Below are positions 1 through 8,742 of a stretch of 41,072 nucleotides of DNA, piece by piece. Below the pieces are notes generated by a model. It did no database searches and was not told the DNA's origin. It was given only the letters and a program-made list of their open reading frames with translations. Position 1 is the stretch's first letter. Every line of letters begins with the position of its first letter. This DNA is from a candidate division WOR-3 bacterium (GTDB lineage: Bacteria > Hydrothermota > Tepidihabitantia > Tepidihabitantales > CAIPLT01), in NCBI GenBank assembly GCA_965649215.1, contig CBFGJZ010000005.1:44553-85624 (forward strand). Reading direction: 5' to 3'. A program made the position numbers and the translations under genes.

Positions 1-661
1 CCGCTTCTGGATATTGGATAATCACAAGTCCTTCTTGTTCATCGCTCGGAATCATTTGTAAATTGCCCAGAATCAAATTATTAGCATTAATTGTGTCAAT
101 TGCTTGATAAGTTGCTAATCCAACTAACGAAGGCATTAAAAAAACACCTGTTTCACCACTCGAAATATATAATTTGATTCGTGTTGTAATTGGAATTTCT
201 AAACCACTCGCTGGCTCAATGCCAATTATTTTCCCGCTCGGAATGGTAGTGGATCGTAAAGAATCAATCACAATCTGACGGAAGCCCAAATTATTAAGAG
301 TGCGTAAGCCCTGTTCTAATGACATCTGCTCTAATATCGGCACTTTTGCTATTTGCGGTCCTTTACTGACGACTAACTGAACACTGCGACCCGGCCGAAC
401 AATACTACCTGCCAGTGGTTTTTGACCAACTACAATGCCAACTTGATAAAAGGTATCAAATACTGCCCGCACATTACCTAACTCCAAATTGCTTCGGAGT
501 ATTAAGTTCTGGGCATCAGTAATTGACAGTCCAATTAGATTCGGCACTTTAACGGTTCCACTGCTACCACTAATACGCGGCATAATAAAAATATTAAAAG
601 TTAAAAAACCCAAACCAAATGCACAAACAAGAATAAAAATCCAGAGCAATAACTTTTTCAT
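1..661 (-). CDS. PASTA domain-containing membrane protein (3' end outside window)
   Basis: Not in ORF track; read manually from ATG at 661: MKKLLLWIFILVCAFGLGFLTFNIFIMP (TM anchor), then PASTA-like repeats VKVPNLIGLSITDAQ..VVGQKP, KVPILEQMSLEQG, LMPSLVGL..IIQYPEA. Typical position downstream of fmt. Confidence 0.85.
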   Translation of the reverse strand, partial: MKKLLLWIFILVCAFGLGFLTFNIFIMPRISGSSGTVKVPNLIGLSITDAQNLILRSNLELGNVRAVFDTFYQVGIVVGQKPLAGSIVRPGRSVQLVVSKGPQIAKVPILEQMSLEQGLRTLNNLGFRQIVIDSLRSTTIPSGKIIGIEPASGLEIPITTRIKLYISSGETGVFLMPSLVGLATYQAIDTINANNLILGNLQMIPSDEQEGLVIIQYPEA

Positions 662-674
662 AAAATAACAGGTT

Positions 675-1634
675 TTAGACTGTTCTATTCATTTGATTAC
701 AAAACTTATCTTCAAGAGAGATACGTTGCCCATTGATAAAATCAATCGCATTAATAATTTTACCACCTTCTAATTGCAACAATAAAATCTCTAAATAACC
801 ATCTTGAGTAAAAACAAATAATCGCTTATTTTCCGTAAACATTCTGCCCGGTTCATTTATTTTAATTGTTGACTTCTGAGTCGGAATTGTCGATTTAAAG
901 ATTTTTACTCGTTTATTTCTAAAATAGGTATAAGCGCCTGGCTCTAAAGATAATCCCCGAATTAAATTATGAACTATCCTGGTCGGTTTTTGCCAATCAA
1001 TTAAACACTCTTCTTTTTTTATTTTTTTTGCGATACTTTTCTGACTGTGGTCTTGTGGAGTTCTAGTTACAGTATTCTCTTGAATGCCGATTAAAGTTTT
1101 TATAATTAAATCGGCTCCTAATTTAGCAAGTCGTTTTTTTACTTCGTCATAAGTTTCGTCATCACCAATTGGCACAGTTTCTTGAAGAATAATATCACCC
1201 GCGTCCATCTCTTCATTCATATAAAAAGTAGTCACACCCGTTATTTTCTCACCATTCATAATTGCTCGTTGGATTGGTGCTGCCCCTCGATATTTCGGTA
1301 ATAAAGAAGGGTGAATGTTAACAAACCCTTTACTTGGTAAATTCAGGAGTTGAGATTTAATAATAAATCCATAAGCAGCCAAAACACAGATATCCGCTTG
1401 TAAGTTTTTAATAATCTCATACACCTCTTGAGTGTTGGGATTGGCCGGCTCAAGACAAATTAGATTTAACTTACTTGCCGCAATTTTTACTGGACTGGCA
1501 ATTAATTTCAATCCCCGTCCTGCTTGTTTTTCTTGACTTGTGACAACACCAACAATTTTATAACCATGCTCATAGATTCTTTCTAAACTCGGCACGGCAA
1601 AATCAGAAGTGCCCCAAAAAATAACTCGCATCAC
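675..1634 (-). CDS. fmt: Methionyl-tRNA formyltransferase
   Basis: IFWGTSDFAVPSL start, AGRG, NIHPSLLPKYRGAAPIQRAI, MDAGDI motifs; adjacent to def. Confidence 0.97.
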   Translation of the reverse strand: MMRVIFWGTSDFAVPSLERIYEHGYKIVGVVTSQEKQAGRGLKLIASPVKIAASKLNLICLEPANPNTQEVYEIIKNLQADICVLAAYGFIIKSQLLNLPSKGFVNIHPSLLPKYRGAAPIQRAIMNGEKITGVTTFYMNEEMDAGDIILQETVPIGDDETYDEVKKRLAKLGADLIIKTLIGIQENTVTRTPQDHSQKSIAKKIKKEECLIDWQKPTRIVHNLIRGLSLEPGAYTYFRNKRVKIFKSTIPTQKSTIKINEPGRMFTENKRLFVFTQDGYLEILLLQLEGGKIINAIDFINGQRISLEDKFCNQMNRTV

Positions 1635-1643
1635 TAATTCAGA

Positions 1644-2171
1644 TTATTTCTTTATTTTCTGGCTCAATTTTGCAATTTCCTCTAACTGAGTTCTGAGCAT
1701 CTTCTGTCGAATTTTGGACAGTCGGTCAATAAAAAATATCCCATTGAGATGATCAATCTCATGTTGGAACACTCGTGCTAAAAGACCACTCGCTTTAATT
1801 TCTATATGCTCGCCATCTTCAGAAATACCTTTTATTTTTACCATCGCCGGTCTCTTTAACACTTCAACAATGCCTGGCAAGGATAGACATGCCTCTTCTC
1901 GCTCTTCTTGACCTTCTTGTTCAATTAGTTCAGGGTTTATCACTGCAATCGGTTCTTTTTCAATGCCAACCCCTTTCGGATTATAACAAAAAATTGAAAC
2001 TGATTCACCAATCTGATTTGCTGCCAAACCCAGACCGTCTTGGGATAACATCGTCACTTTCAGATCCGCAATTATTTTCTTTATTTTGGTATCAATTGTT
2101 ATAACTTTTTTGGTTTTAATTCGTAAGATCGGATCGCCATATAAGCGAATAACTAAATTTTCACCTCTCAT
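1644..2171 (-). CDS. def: Peptide deformylase
   Basis: GLGLAANQIG, EACLSLP and QHEIDHLNG metal-binding motifs. Confidence 0.97.
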   Translation of the reverse strand: MRGENLVIRLYGDPILRIKTKKVITIDTKIKKIIADLKVTMLSQDGLGLAANQIGESVSIFCYNPKGVGIEKEPIAVINPELIEQEGQEEREEACLSLPGIVEVLKRPAMVKIKGISEDGEHIEIKASGLLARVFQHEIDHLNGIFFIDRLSKIRQKMLRTQLEEIAKLSQKIKK

Positions 2172-2233
2172 TTATAATCCCGTCCCATATCCTCATGGCA
2201 GTAATTACTTTTAATATGCGCAATCTAAATAAC

Positions 2234-2527
2234 TTATAACTTATAGGCAACTGAAGTCTTTTCGATTTCGATTTCTGTATTTTCACTAATTTTTACCATA
2301 AAGGTTCTCTCTTTAACATTACTAATAATACCATAGATACCACCTGCAATCACAATACGATCACCTTTTTTAAGTTCAGCGATCATTTGATTGTGCTTTT
2401 TCTGTCTTCGCTGTTGTGGTAAAATCATTAAAAAATACAGAATCACAATAATTAGAATTATTGGTAAAAACCCAATAATCGGATTACCGCCACTACCTTG
2501 AGTTTGGCCATATGCTAAGTTAAACAT
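2234..2527 (-). CDS. yajC: Preprotein translocase subunit YajC
   Basis: TM helix followed by YFLMILPQQRRQKKH..LKKGDRIVIAGGIYG; GGAG SD upstream. Confidence 0.95.
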   Translation of the reverse strand: MFNLAYGQTQGSGGNPIIGFLPIILIIVILYFLMILPQQRRQKKHNQMIAELKKGDRIVIAGGIYGIISNVKERTFMVKISENTEIEIEKTSVAYKL

Positions 2528-2541
2528 AACTCCTCCATTCT

Positions 2542-3111
2542 TTATTGATATAGTTTATTTTTATTAATATATTCATAAACGTTTTCACTTACTTTATATT
2601 TAATACTATTTCGGTTTTTAATATCTTCTCTTAACTTACGACTCGCTATATCTATCTGACTAATATTAACAAAAAAAACATCGGTTAAGTCCTTTTTTAC
2701 TTTTTGCCATCCCGGTCTTATCATCACAACAATTTTCGCATATTGGTTAAGCAAAGCTGCTTGTTTCCAGGTATTCAGCACCGCATATTGATCTGAACCT
2801 ATTATCAAATATAGCGTATCCTTAGGATATTTCTTACGCAACTCTTTCAAAGTGTTAATTGTAAAGGATACACCCCGTCTTTCTTTTTCGATTTCACACA
2901 ATTCAAAATAGGGATTATTTTTAATCGCCAATTTAACCATATTACAACGGTGCTGGTAATCTATCAACGACTTTTTATGAGGTGGTTTGTAGGTAGGAAT
3001 AAAAAGCACTTTATCTAAACTTAATTTTTCACGGACCTCTTCAATACTGATAAGATGCCCAAGATGAATCGGATTAAAGGCACCACCAAAAATTCCAATT
3101 TTCATTTCCAC
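2542..3111 (-). CDS. nadD: Nicotinate-nucleotide adenylyltransferase
   Basis: GIFGGAFNPIHLGHL, PPHK, IIGSD motifs, C-terminal YINKNKLY. Confidence 0.95.
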   Translation of the reverse strand: MEMKIGIFGGAFNPIHLGHLISIEEVREKLSLDKVLFIPTYKPPHKKSLIDYQHRCNMVKLAIKNNPYFELCEIEKERRGVSFTINTLKELRKKYPKDTLYLIIGSDQYAVLNTWKQAALLNQYAKIVVMIRPGWQKVKKDLTDVFFVNISQIDIASRKLREDIKNRNSIKYKVSENVYEYINKNKLYQ

Positions 3112-3169
3112 CTATCAAACATATTGGTACTTTTCATTTATTTCATTATTTACACGAACTAATAATTTT

Positions 3170-3922
3170 TTATCTCTTTTCAAGAATCTGTAATCTTCGC
3201 TGGGCTAAACGAATAATTTCTTGATCTTGTACCTGATTGAGTAGTGATTGATAAGTTTCGATTGCTTTACTGATCGAATCGGTTTTTTCCATAATTTGAC
3301 CAATGTAATATTTGCCTAAATCTGCCCATTTCGATTGCGGATATGTCTTTATTAGATAATCAAAATAAATGCGTGCGGCTTCATATTCACCACCTTTGTA
3401 GTATAATTCTCCAATCCGAAAATGTTTTTCTGCCCAACGGGAGTTTATCTCTCGTCGCATTTGGGTAATCTCATTTTTATATTTAGTTTGGGGAAAACGA
3501 TCTTCCAGGATTTCTAAAATTTCCATAACTTTATCCAAAATCGAGGGATCTCGGTGAATTGAAGGTGCGGTTTTATAATATGACCACGCTAATTTATAAT
3601 AAGCATCTTCTAAATATTGGCTGCCAACAAAACTATTAATAAAAAATTCATACTCGGTGATAGCGGATTGATAATCCTTACTTTGAAAATATGATTCAGC
3701 CAAATAATATTGTGCATCGCCAGCCAAGACGCTGCCCGGAAAATTAAGAACCACATTTTGAAATGCATTTATGGCTTGACGATACTTTTTGGCTTGGAAT
3801 AAATCCATTGCCTTGCTAAATGCTTCTTGGGGTGATATGACGATTTCAGTTGTTAGTTTTTTACTACAGCTAAAATGTAAACTGATACATAATATAAAAA
3901 TCCAGAGATTTCGAAATTTCAC
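3170..3922 (-). CDS. bamD: Outer membrane assembly lipoprotein BamD (TPR)
   Basis: Lipobox-like FSC, TPR repeats (FPGS..AQYYLAESYF; YYKGGEYEAARIYFDYLIKTYPQS); adjacent to nadD. Confidence 0.85.
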   Translation of the reverse strand: MKFRNLWIFILCISLHFSCSKKLTTEIVISPQEAFSKAMDLFQAKKYRQAINAFQNVVLNFPGSVLAGDAQYYLAESYFQSKDYQSAITEYEFFINSFVGSQYLEDAYYKLAWSYYKTAPSIHRDPSILDKVMEILEILEDRFPQTKYKNEITQMRREINSRWAEKHFRIGELYYKGGEYEAARIYFDYLIKTYPQSKWADLGKYYIGQIMEKTDSISKAIETYQSLLNQVQDQEIIRLAQRRLQILEKR

Positions 3923-3923
3923 T

Positions 3924-4754
3924 TTATGGTAATGCTCCTACAACCGCACAGATTAATCTATTAAATATCGGCTCAGTCTTTTTCGCGACTGCCACCACAT
4001 CTTCAAAATGACATGGTTTCATTGCATCGGGTAAACCCATATCAGTGATTACCGAAAATCCTAATACCTTTAAACCAATCTGACGTGCGACAATTACTTC
4101 AGGTACGGTTGACATACCAACTGCATCTGCACCTAAAATTCGAAACGCTCGATATTCTGCTGCCGTTTCTAAATTCGGTCCATGCACTCCAAGATATACC
4201 CCTTTTTGAATCTTAATCTTGGAGCTTAAAGCAACTTCTTCAACTATTCTTATCAGCTCTTTATCATAACAATTATACATATCGGGAAATCGAGGACCAC
4301 ATCGCTTATCATTAACACCGCGCAGAGGGTTATCACCCATTAAATTAATATGATCGGTGATAAGCATAATATCACCTGCTTGGAATTGTGGATTTAAGCC
4401 CCCGGCCGCATTAGATACTAATAAAGTATGAACACCTAACTCTTTCATAACCCTCACTGGCAAGGTAATATCTTGCATTTCATAACCCTCATAATAATGA
4501 AATCGCCCCTGCATAGCCACGATTTTTTTACCCGCCAATTTACCAAAGATTAACTGTCCGGAATGAGTTTCAACCGTGGGCACTAAAAAGTGAGGTAAAT
4601 CTTTATACTTTATTGCAATTTCAATTTTGATTTCACTGACTAATTGTCCTAAACCAGTTCCCAGAATTATCCCGATTTCTGGTTTGTATTGAGTTTTTTT
4701 CCTTATTGTTTGGACAGTAATCTTGACCTTTTCCCACAGTATTTTCTTTGGCAT
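3924..4754 (-). CDS. punA: Purine nucleoside phosphorylase (PunA/XapA family)
   Basis: IILGTGLG, MQGRFHYYEG, NAAGGLN, GPNLETAAE, GADAVGMSTVPE. Start set at ATG 4754 to avoid overlap with divIVA. Confidence 0.93.
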   Translation of the reverse strand: MPKKILWEKVKITVQTIRKKTQYKPEIGIILGTGLGQLVSEIKIEIAIKYKDLPHFLVPTVETHSGQLIFGKLAGKKIVAMQGRFHYYEGYEMQDITLPVRVMKELGVHTLLVSNAAGGLNPQFQAGDIMLITDHINLMGDNPLRGVNDKRCGPRFPDMYNCYDKELIRIVEEVALSSKIKIQKGVYLGVHGPNLETAAEYRAFRILGADAVGMSTVPEVIVARQIGLKVLGFSVITDMGLPDAMKPCHFEDVVAVAKKTEPIFNRLICAVVGALP

Positions 4755-4764
4755 ATTGTTTAGT

Positions 4765-5235
4765 TTATGATTTTTGAGTCTTGTCCTTTGTCGTAAGTTC
4801 TTTATCAACAATTAAATTAATAGTACTAATTAATGATTTTAACTGATTAAGTAAAGTAAATTTATGGCTTTCCAATTCATTAATTTTATCTTGTAATTTT
4901 TGGATCTGTTCTAATGCTTGCTTTTTTATCTGTTCTGCATCCGCCTTTGCTTTATTAATAATTAATTCACACTCTTTCTTAGTATTTTCTCTAATATCAG
5001 TAGTTGCTTTTTGAGCGGTAATTAGAGTCTCTTTTAATAGCGTCTCTGTTTTTTCGTATTGAGCAAGTTTTATTGATAATTCATCAACTTTTTGTGCTAA
5101 TGCGATACGTTCATTTCGTAATTCTTCGATCTCTTTACTCACGATGACTAAGAAAGCTTTTACTTCTTCTCGATTATAACCACCAAAACTCTTGCCAAAG
5201 CTTTTATTTTTTATATCAATCGGTGATAATGGCAT
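4765..5235 (-). CDS. divIVA: DivIVA domain protein
   Basis: MPLSPIDIKNKSFGKSFGGYNREEVKAFL signature followed by a long coiled coil. Confidence 0.9.
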   Translation of the reverse strand: MPLSPIDIKNKSFGKSFGGYNREEVKAFLVIVSKEIEELRNERIALAQKVDELSIKLAQYEKTETLLKETLITAQKATTDIRENTKKECELIINKAKADAEQIKKQALEQIQKLQDKINELESHKFTLLNQLKSLISTINLIVDKELTTKDKTQKS

Positions 5236-5241
5236 GTTTAT

Positions 5242-5269
5242 ATTCTACTTATTCAAAACGCTCTGTCAA
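5242..5269 (-). promoter_or_regulatory. Sigma70-type promoter of divIVA operon (probably leaderless)
   Basis: Minus strand TTGACA-N16-TAGAAT-N6-ATG(5235); no SD. Confidence 0.7.
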
Positions 5270-5282
5270 TGCTTTCATTAAA

Positions 5283-5876
5283 CTACTGTAATGAGTTTGA
5301 AAGCTCTTTGCAAATTTGTTTAAGAATTTGTAAACGCGCAAAACGGTAATTTGTTTCAAGAAAGAGCGAAGTTGGCATCTTTGTTAATCCTTGAGGAAAA
5401 CTGGCCTGATTAACATTAACTCCAATACCAATAATATAGAGCGGGGCTCTCTCATCCTTTAAACCATAAGATTCGGTCTCAACAATAATTCCGGCAACTT
5501 TTTTATTGTTCAGATAAAGATCATTAACACCGCGAACTTCTAAATTTATCACGAATTTATTTTTTACTATATTGTTAATGGCTTGCAATGTTACATACGC
5601 TAGTTGCTTGGTAAAATCACCAATAACTTGAATTGGCTTTGTAGCATGATAAATTACTGAAAAATAGAGCCCACCAAAATCAGAAATCCAACTCGCATCC
5701 CTACGACCACGACCTTGCAATTGTCTTTGAGCAACAACAACGATACCATTATTATTGATGTTTTTTGATAATTCCTTTGCTTTATTTTGAGTTGAATCCA
5801 AGACAAAATACACGTAGACAGTATGCCCAATGCGAAGTTCAGAAAATTTAAGAATATGAAAATGTTCTTCCTTCAC
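5283..5876 (-). CDS. birA: Biotin--protein ligase (BirA-like), catalytic domain only
   Basis: LDSTQNKAK, VVAQRQLQGRGRR..W.S..GGLYFS, ND....KKVAGI, IGIGVNVNQ; no HTH or C-terminal domain; GTG start. Confidence 0.8.
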   Translation of the reverse strand: MKEEHFHILKFSELRIGHTVYVYFVLDSTQNKAKELSKNINNNGIVVVAQRQLQGRGRRDASWISDFGGLYFSVIYHATKPIQVIGDFTKQLAYVTLQAINNIVKNKFVINLEVRGVNDLYLNNKKVAGIIVETESYGLKDERAPLYIIGIGVNVNQASFPQGLTKMPTSLFLETNYRFARLQILKQICKELSNSLQ

Positions 5877-5929
5877 TGCTTTCGCTAGAACCGAATTCTT
5901 ATCTTTAAGCTTGACTTTCTAAATTCTGA

Positions 5930-6778
5930 TTAGTAAGTATAAAATCCCTTTTTGGTCTTTCTTCCTAAATATCCTGCTGCCACCATCCGCTTAAGCAATG
6001 GACATGGACGATATTTAGGATCACCCAAGTCGCGATACAAAACATTCAGAATATCTAAACATATATCCAGACCAATTAAGTCTGCTAAAGCTAAAGGCCC
6101 CATTGGATGATTCATACCCAGTTTCATTACTGTATCTATCGCTTCTTTATCCGCGACGCCTTCTTGTAAAGCATAAATTGCTTCATTTATCATTGGCAAC
6201 AGGACTCTATTTGAAACAAAGCCCGGTGAGTCATTAACTACGACCGGTGTTTTCCCCAATTTTTTAGATAGTTCAACAATGATATTTGTTGTTTCATCAC
6301 TTGTGGCTAAGCCTCTCACTACTTCGACCAATTGCATCAAAGGTACGGGATTCATAAAATGCATTCCAATGACTCGGTCCGCGCGATGCGTTGCTGCCGC
6401 AATTTCGGTAATTGAAATTGTTGAAGTGTTAGATGCTAAAATCGTTTCTGCGGGACTTTGCATACAAAGTTTTTTAAAGACATCTTTTTTAACATCGACC
6501 TTTTCAATAATCGCTTCAACTACTAACTGACAATCTTTAGCGGCCGATAAATCAGTACTAGTTTTAATTCTTTGTAAAGTTAAATCCGCGTTTTCTTGTG
6601 ATATTTTTGCTTTTTCTACCATTTTTGATAAACTCTTTTTAATTGTCGCCATTCCGTTATCAAGAAACTTTTGGTCAATATCAACCATTACTACTTCATA
6701 ACCATTAACAGCAAAAGTTTGGGCAATACCATTACCCATTGTACCAGCTCCAATTACACCAACCTTTTTAATATCCAT
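5930..6778 (-). CDS. hbd: 3-hydroxybutyryl-CoA dehydrogenase
   Basis: [12 protein letters not shown]ossmann motif, [39 protein letters not shown] before ATG 6778. Confidence 0.95.
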   Translation of the reverse strand: MDIKKVGVIGAGTMGNGIAQTFAVNGYEVVMVDIDQKFLDNGMATIKKSLSKMVEKAKISQENADLTLQRIKTSTDLSAAKDCQLVVEAIIEKVDVKKDVFKKLCMQSPAETILASNTSTISITEIAAATHRADRVIGMHFMNPVPLMQLVEVVRGLATSDETTNIIVELSKKLGKTPVVVNDSPGFVSNRVLLPMINEAIYALQEGVADKEAIDTVMKLGMNHPMGPLALADLIGLDICLDILNVLYRDLGDPKYRPCPLLKRMVAAGYLGRKTKKGFYTY

Positions 6779-6809
6779 ATCATCCTCCATTTAATTATTT
6801 ATCAATCAT

Positions 6810-6837
6810 ATCATACCTAAAAATTACTATTGGTCAA
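6810..6837 (-). promoter_or_regulatory. Sigma70-type promoter of hbd
   Basis: Minus strand TTGACC-N16-TATGAT. Confidence 0.6.
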
Positions 6838-6882
6838 GCATTAAGATAAGTTTAATTTAACTATCTTTTTTTAAATATTTAG

Positions 6883-6910
6883 TTGACATTTCTATAATTA
6901 GTTATAGAAT
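6883..6910 (+). promoter_or_regulatory. Sigma70-type promoter of asnS (probably leaderless)
   Basis: TTGACA-N16-TAGAAT-N6-ATG(6917); no SD. Confidence 0.7.
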
Positions 6911-6916
6911 AAAAAT

Positions 6917-8200
6917 ATGTTAATTAGAGAGATTGCCAAATATGAGGGGAAACAAGTTACCCTCGCAGGTTGGGTATATAATAAACGTTCCTCGGGCAAA
7001 GTCCGTTTTGTGATTGTTCGAGATGGCACAGGTTTAACCCAATGTGTTTTCTCTCAAAAAGATGTCTCGCCAGAAATATTTGAATTAGCTGATAAAATAA
7101 CTCAAGAATCATCACTCTATGTTACGGGTATTGTTCGTAAAGATGAGCGAGCACCGGGCGGCTATGAATTAATTGCCACGGATCTCAAATTAATCCAAAT
7201 GGCAGAAAATTATCCAATTACGCCCAAAGAACATGGTATTGAATTTTTAATGAGTAATCGTCATCTCTGGCTTCGTTCTCGTCGTCAACACGCAATCATT
7301 ACGATTCGCTCTCATTTAGTCAAAGCAATGCGTGATTTTTTTGACGAACAAGGATTTATTCTAGTTGATACTCCAATTCTGACACCAGCTGCCGTGGAAG
7401 GCACAACCACTCTTTTTGAAGTCGACTATTTTGGTGAAAAAACATATCTCACCCAGTCTGGTCAACTATACAATGAACCCGATGCTGCCGCATTTAATAA
7501 AGTTTACTGTTTTGGACCAACTTTTCGAGCTGAAAAATCTAAAACCCGACGCCATTTAACCGAATTCTGGATGATTGAACCAGAAGTTGCATTTGCCGAT
7601 TTAAATGACATCATTATTTTAGCAGAAGATTTTATCACTTACATTGTCGAGCGGGTCTTAACAAAATGCGTCGAGCAGTTTAAGGTACTCCAACGGGACA
7701 CCTCTAAATTAGAAAAGATTACGAAACCATTTCCTCGTATCACTTACAGTGAAGCAGTTGAAAAACTTAATGCTCAAGGTAAACCTGTTAAATGGGGTGA
7801 TGATTTTGGTGGTGACGAAGAAACCATCTTATCTAATTTGTATGAAAAACCATTAGCAATTACCCATTATCCTGCGCAATGCAAAGCATTTTACATGAAA
7901 CGCGATCCCCAAAACGAACAATTAGCGCTTGGTGTTGATATTCTTGCGCCTGAAGGATATGGTGAAATTGTCGGTGGTGGTCAAAGAGAAGACGATCTGA
8001 AAACTTTAGAAAAGCGTATTGAAGAATACCAACTGCCCAAAAAAGCATTTGAGTGGTATTTAGATGTCAGGCGCTATGGTACATTTCCGCATTCTGGATT
8101 TGGGCTTGGTTTGGAACGAACGCTGGCTTGGCTTTGCGCTCTTCCTCATGTTCGAGAAACAATTCCTTATCCGCGTATGCTTGAAAAAATATATCCCTAA
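6917..8200 (+). CDS. asnS: Asparagine--tRNA ligase
   Basis: OB-fold [60 protein letters not shown]. Confidence 0.96.
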   Translation: MLIREIAKYEGKQVTLAGWVYNKRSSGKVRFVIVRDGTGLTQCVFSQKDVSPEIFELADKITQESSLYVTGIVRKDERAPGGYELIATDLKLIQMAENYPITPKEHGIEFLMSNRHLWLRSRRQHAIITIRSHLVKAMRDFFDEQGFILVDTPILTPAAVEGTTTLFEVDYFGEKTYLTQSGQLYNEPDAAAFNKVYCFGPTFRAEKSKTRRHLTEFWMIEPEVAFADLNDIIILAEDFITYIVERVLTKCVEQFKVLQRDTSKLEKITKPFPRITYSEAVEKLNAQGKPVKWGDDFGGDEETILSNLYEKPLAITHYPAQCKAFYMKRDPQNEQLALGVDILAPEGYGEIVGGGQREDDLKTLEKRIEEYQLPKKAFEWYLDVRRYGTFPHSGFGLGLERTLAWLCALPHVRETIPYPRMLEKIYP

Positions 8201-8287
8201 TATGATTGGTGCTTTAAAAAGATATAAACCTATTAAAAATAAAACCATTTTAGACTCAGTGTGGTAAATAGTATAAAGGAGGTCAAT

Positions 8288-8545
8288 ATGACCGAAAAGA
8301 AAATCGGTAAAATCACTCATTATTTTGGTAAAATCAGCGTTGCGATTGTTGAGTTGACCGATGATTCCTTATCTGTTGGCGACACCATTCATATCAAAGG
8401 ACATACTTCTGATTTCACCCAAAAAGTTGAATCCATGCAAATTGAACATCAAAATGTTCCAAAAGCTGAAATCGGCCAGACGATCGGTCTTAAAGTTATT
8501 GCCCATGCCCATGAAAATGACATTGTGTATAAAGTAATTGAATAA
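8288..8545 (+). CDS. Stand-alone EF-Tu domain II-like beta-barrel protein
   Basis: IGKITHYFGKISVA..LSVGDTIHIKG..QKVESMQIEH..GQTIGLKV pattern; AAGGAGG SD before ATG 8288. Confidence 0.8.
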   Translation: MTEKKIGKITHYFGKISVAIVELTDDSLSVGDTIHIKGHTSDFTQKVESMQIEHQNVPKAEIGQTIGLKVIAHAHENDIVYKVIE

Positions 8546-8559
8546 GCTGAAGGAGGATT

Positions 8560-8682
8560 ATGGCAAGAAGTAAAAGTAAACATAAAATAAAGCAACATAA
8601 AATTAAACTAAAATTAAAGCGTCGCAAAGAAAAGCAAAAAATGTTAATTGCTCAAAAAGCTAACCCAATGCCAACTAATTAA
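8560..8682 (+). CDS. 40-aa Lys-rich protein, candidate ribosomal protein bS22 (AURKAIP1/COX24-like)
   Basis: Not in ORF track. AAGGAGGA SD directly upstream; MARSKSKHKIKQHKIKLKLKRRKEKQKMLIAQKANPMPTN. Confidence 0.65.
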   Translation: MARSKSKHKIKQHKIKLKLKRRKEKQKMLIAQKANPMPTN

Positions 8683-8742
8683 GCGACGCTCGATTAGGTA
8701 ATAAATCAAATATCAATATCTTCTCAACTACTCAAAACTAAG

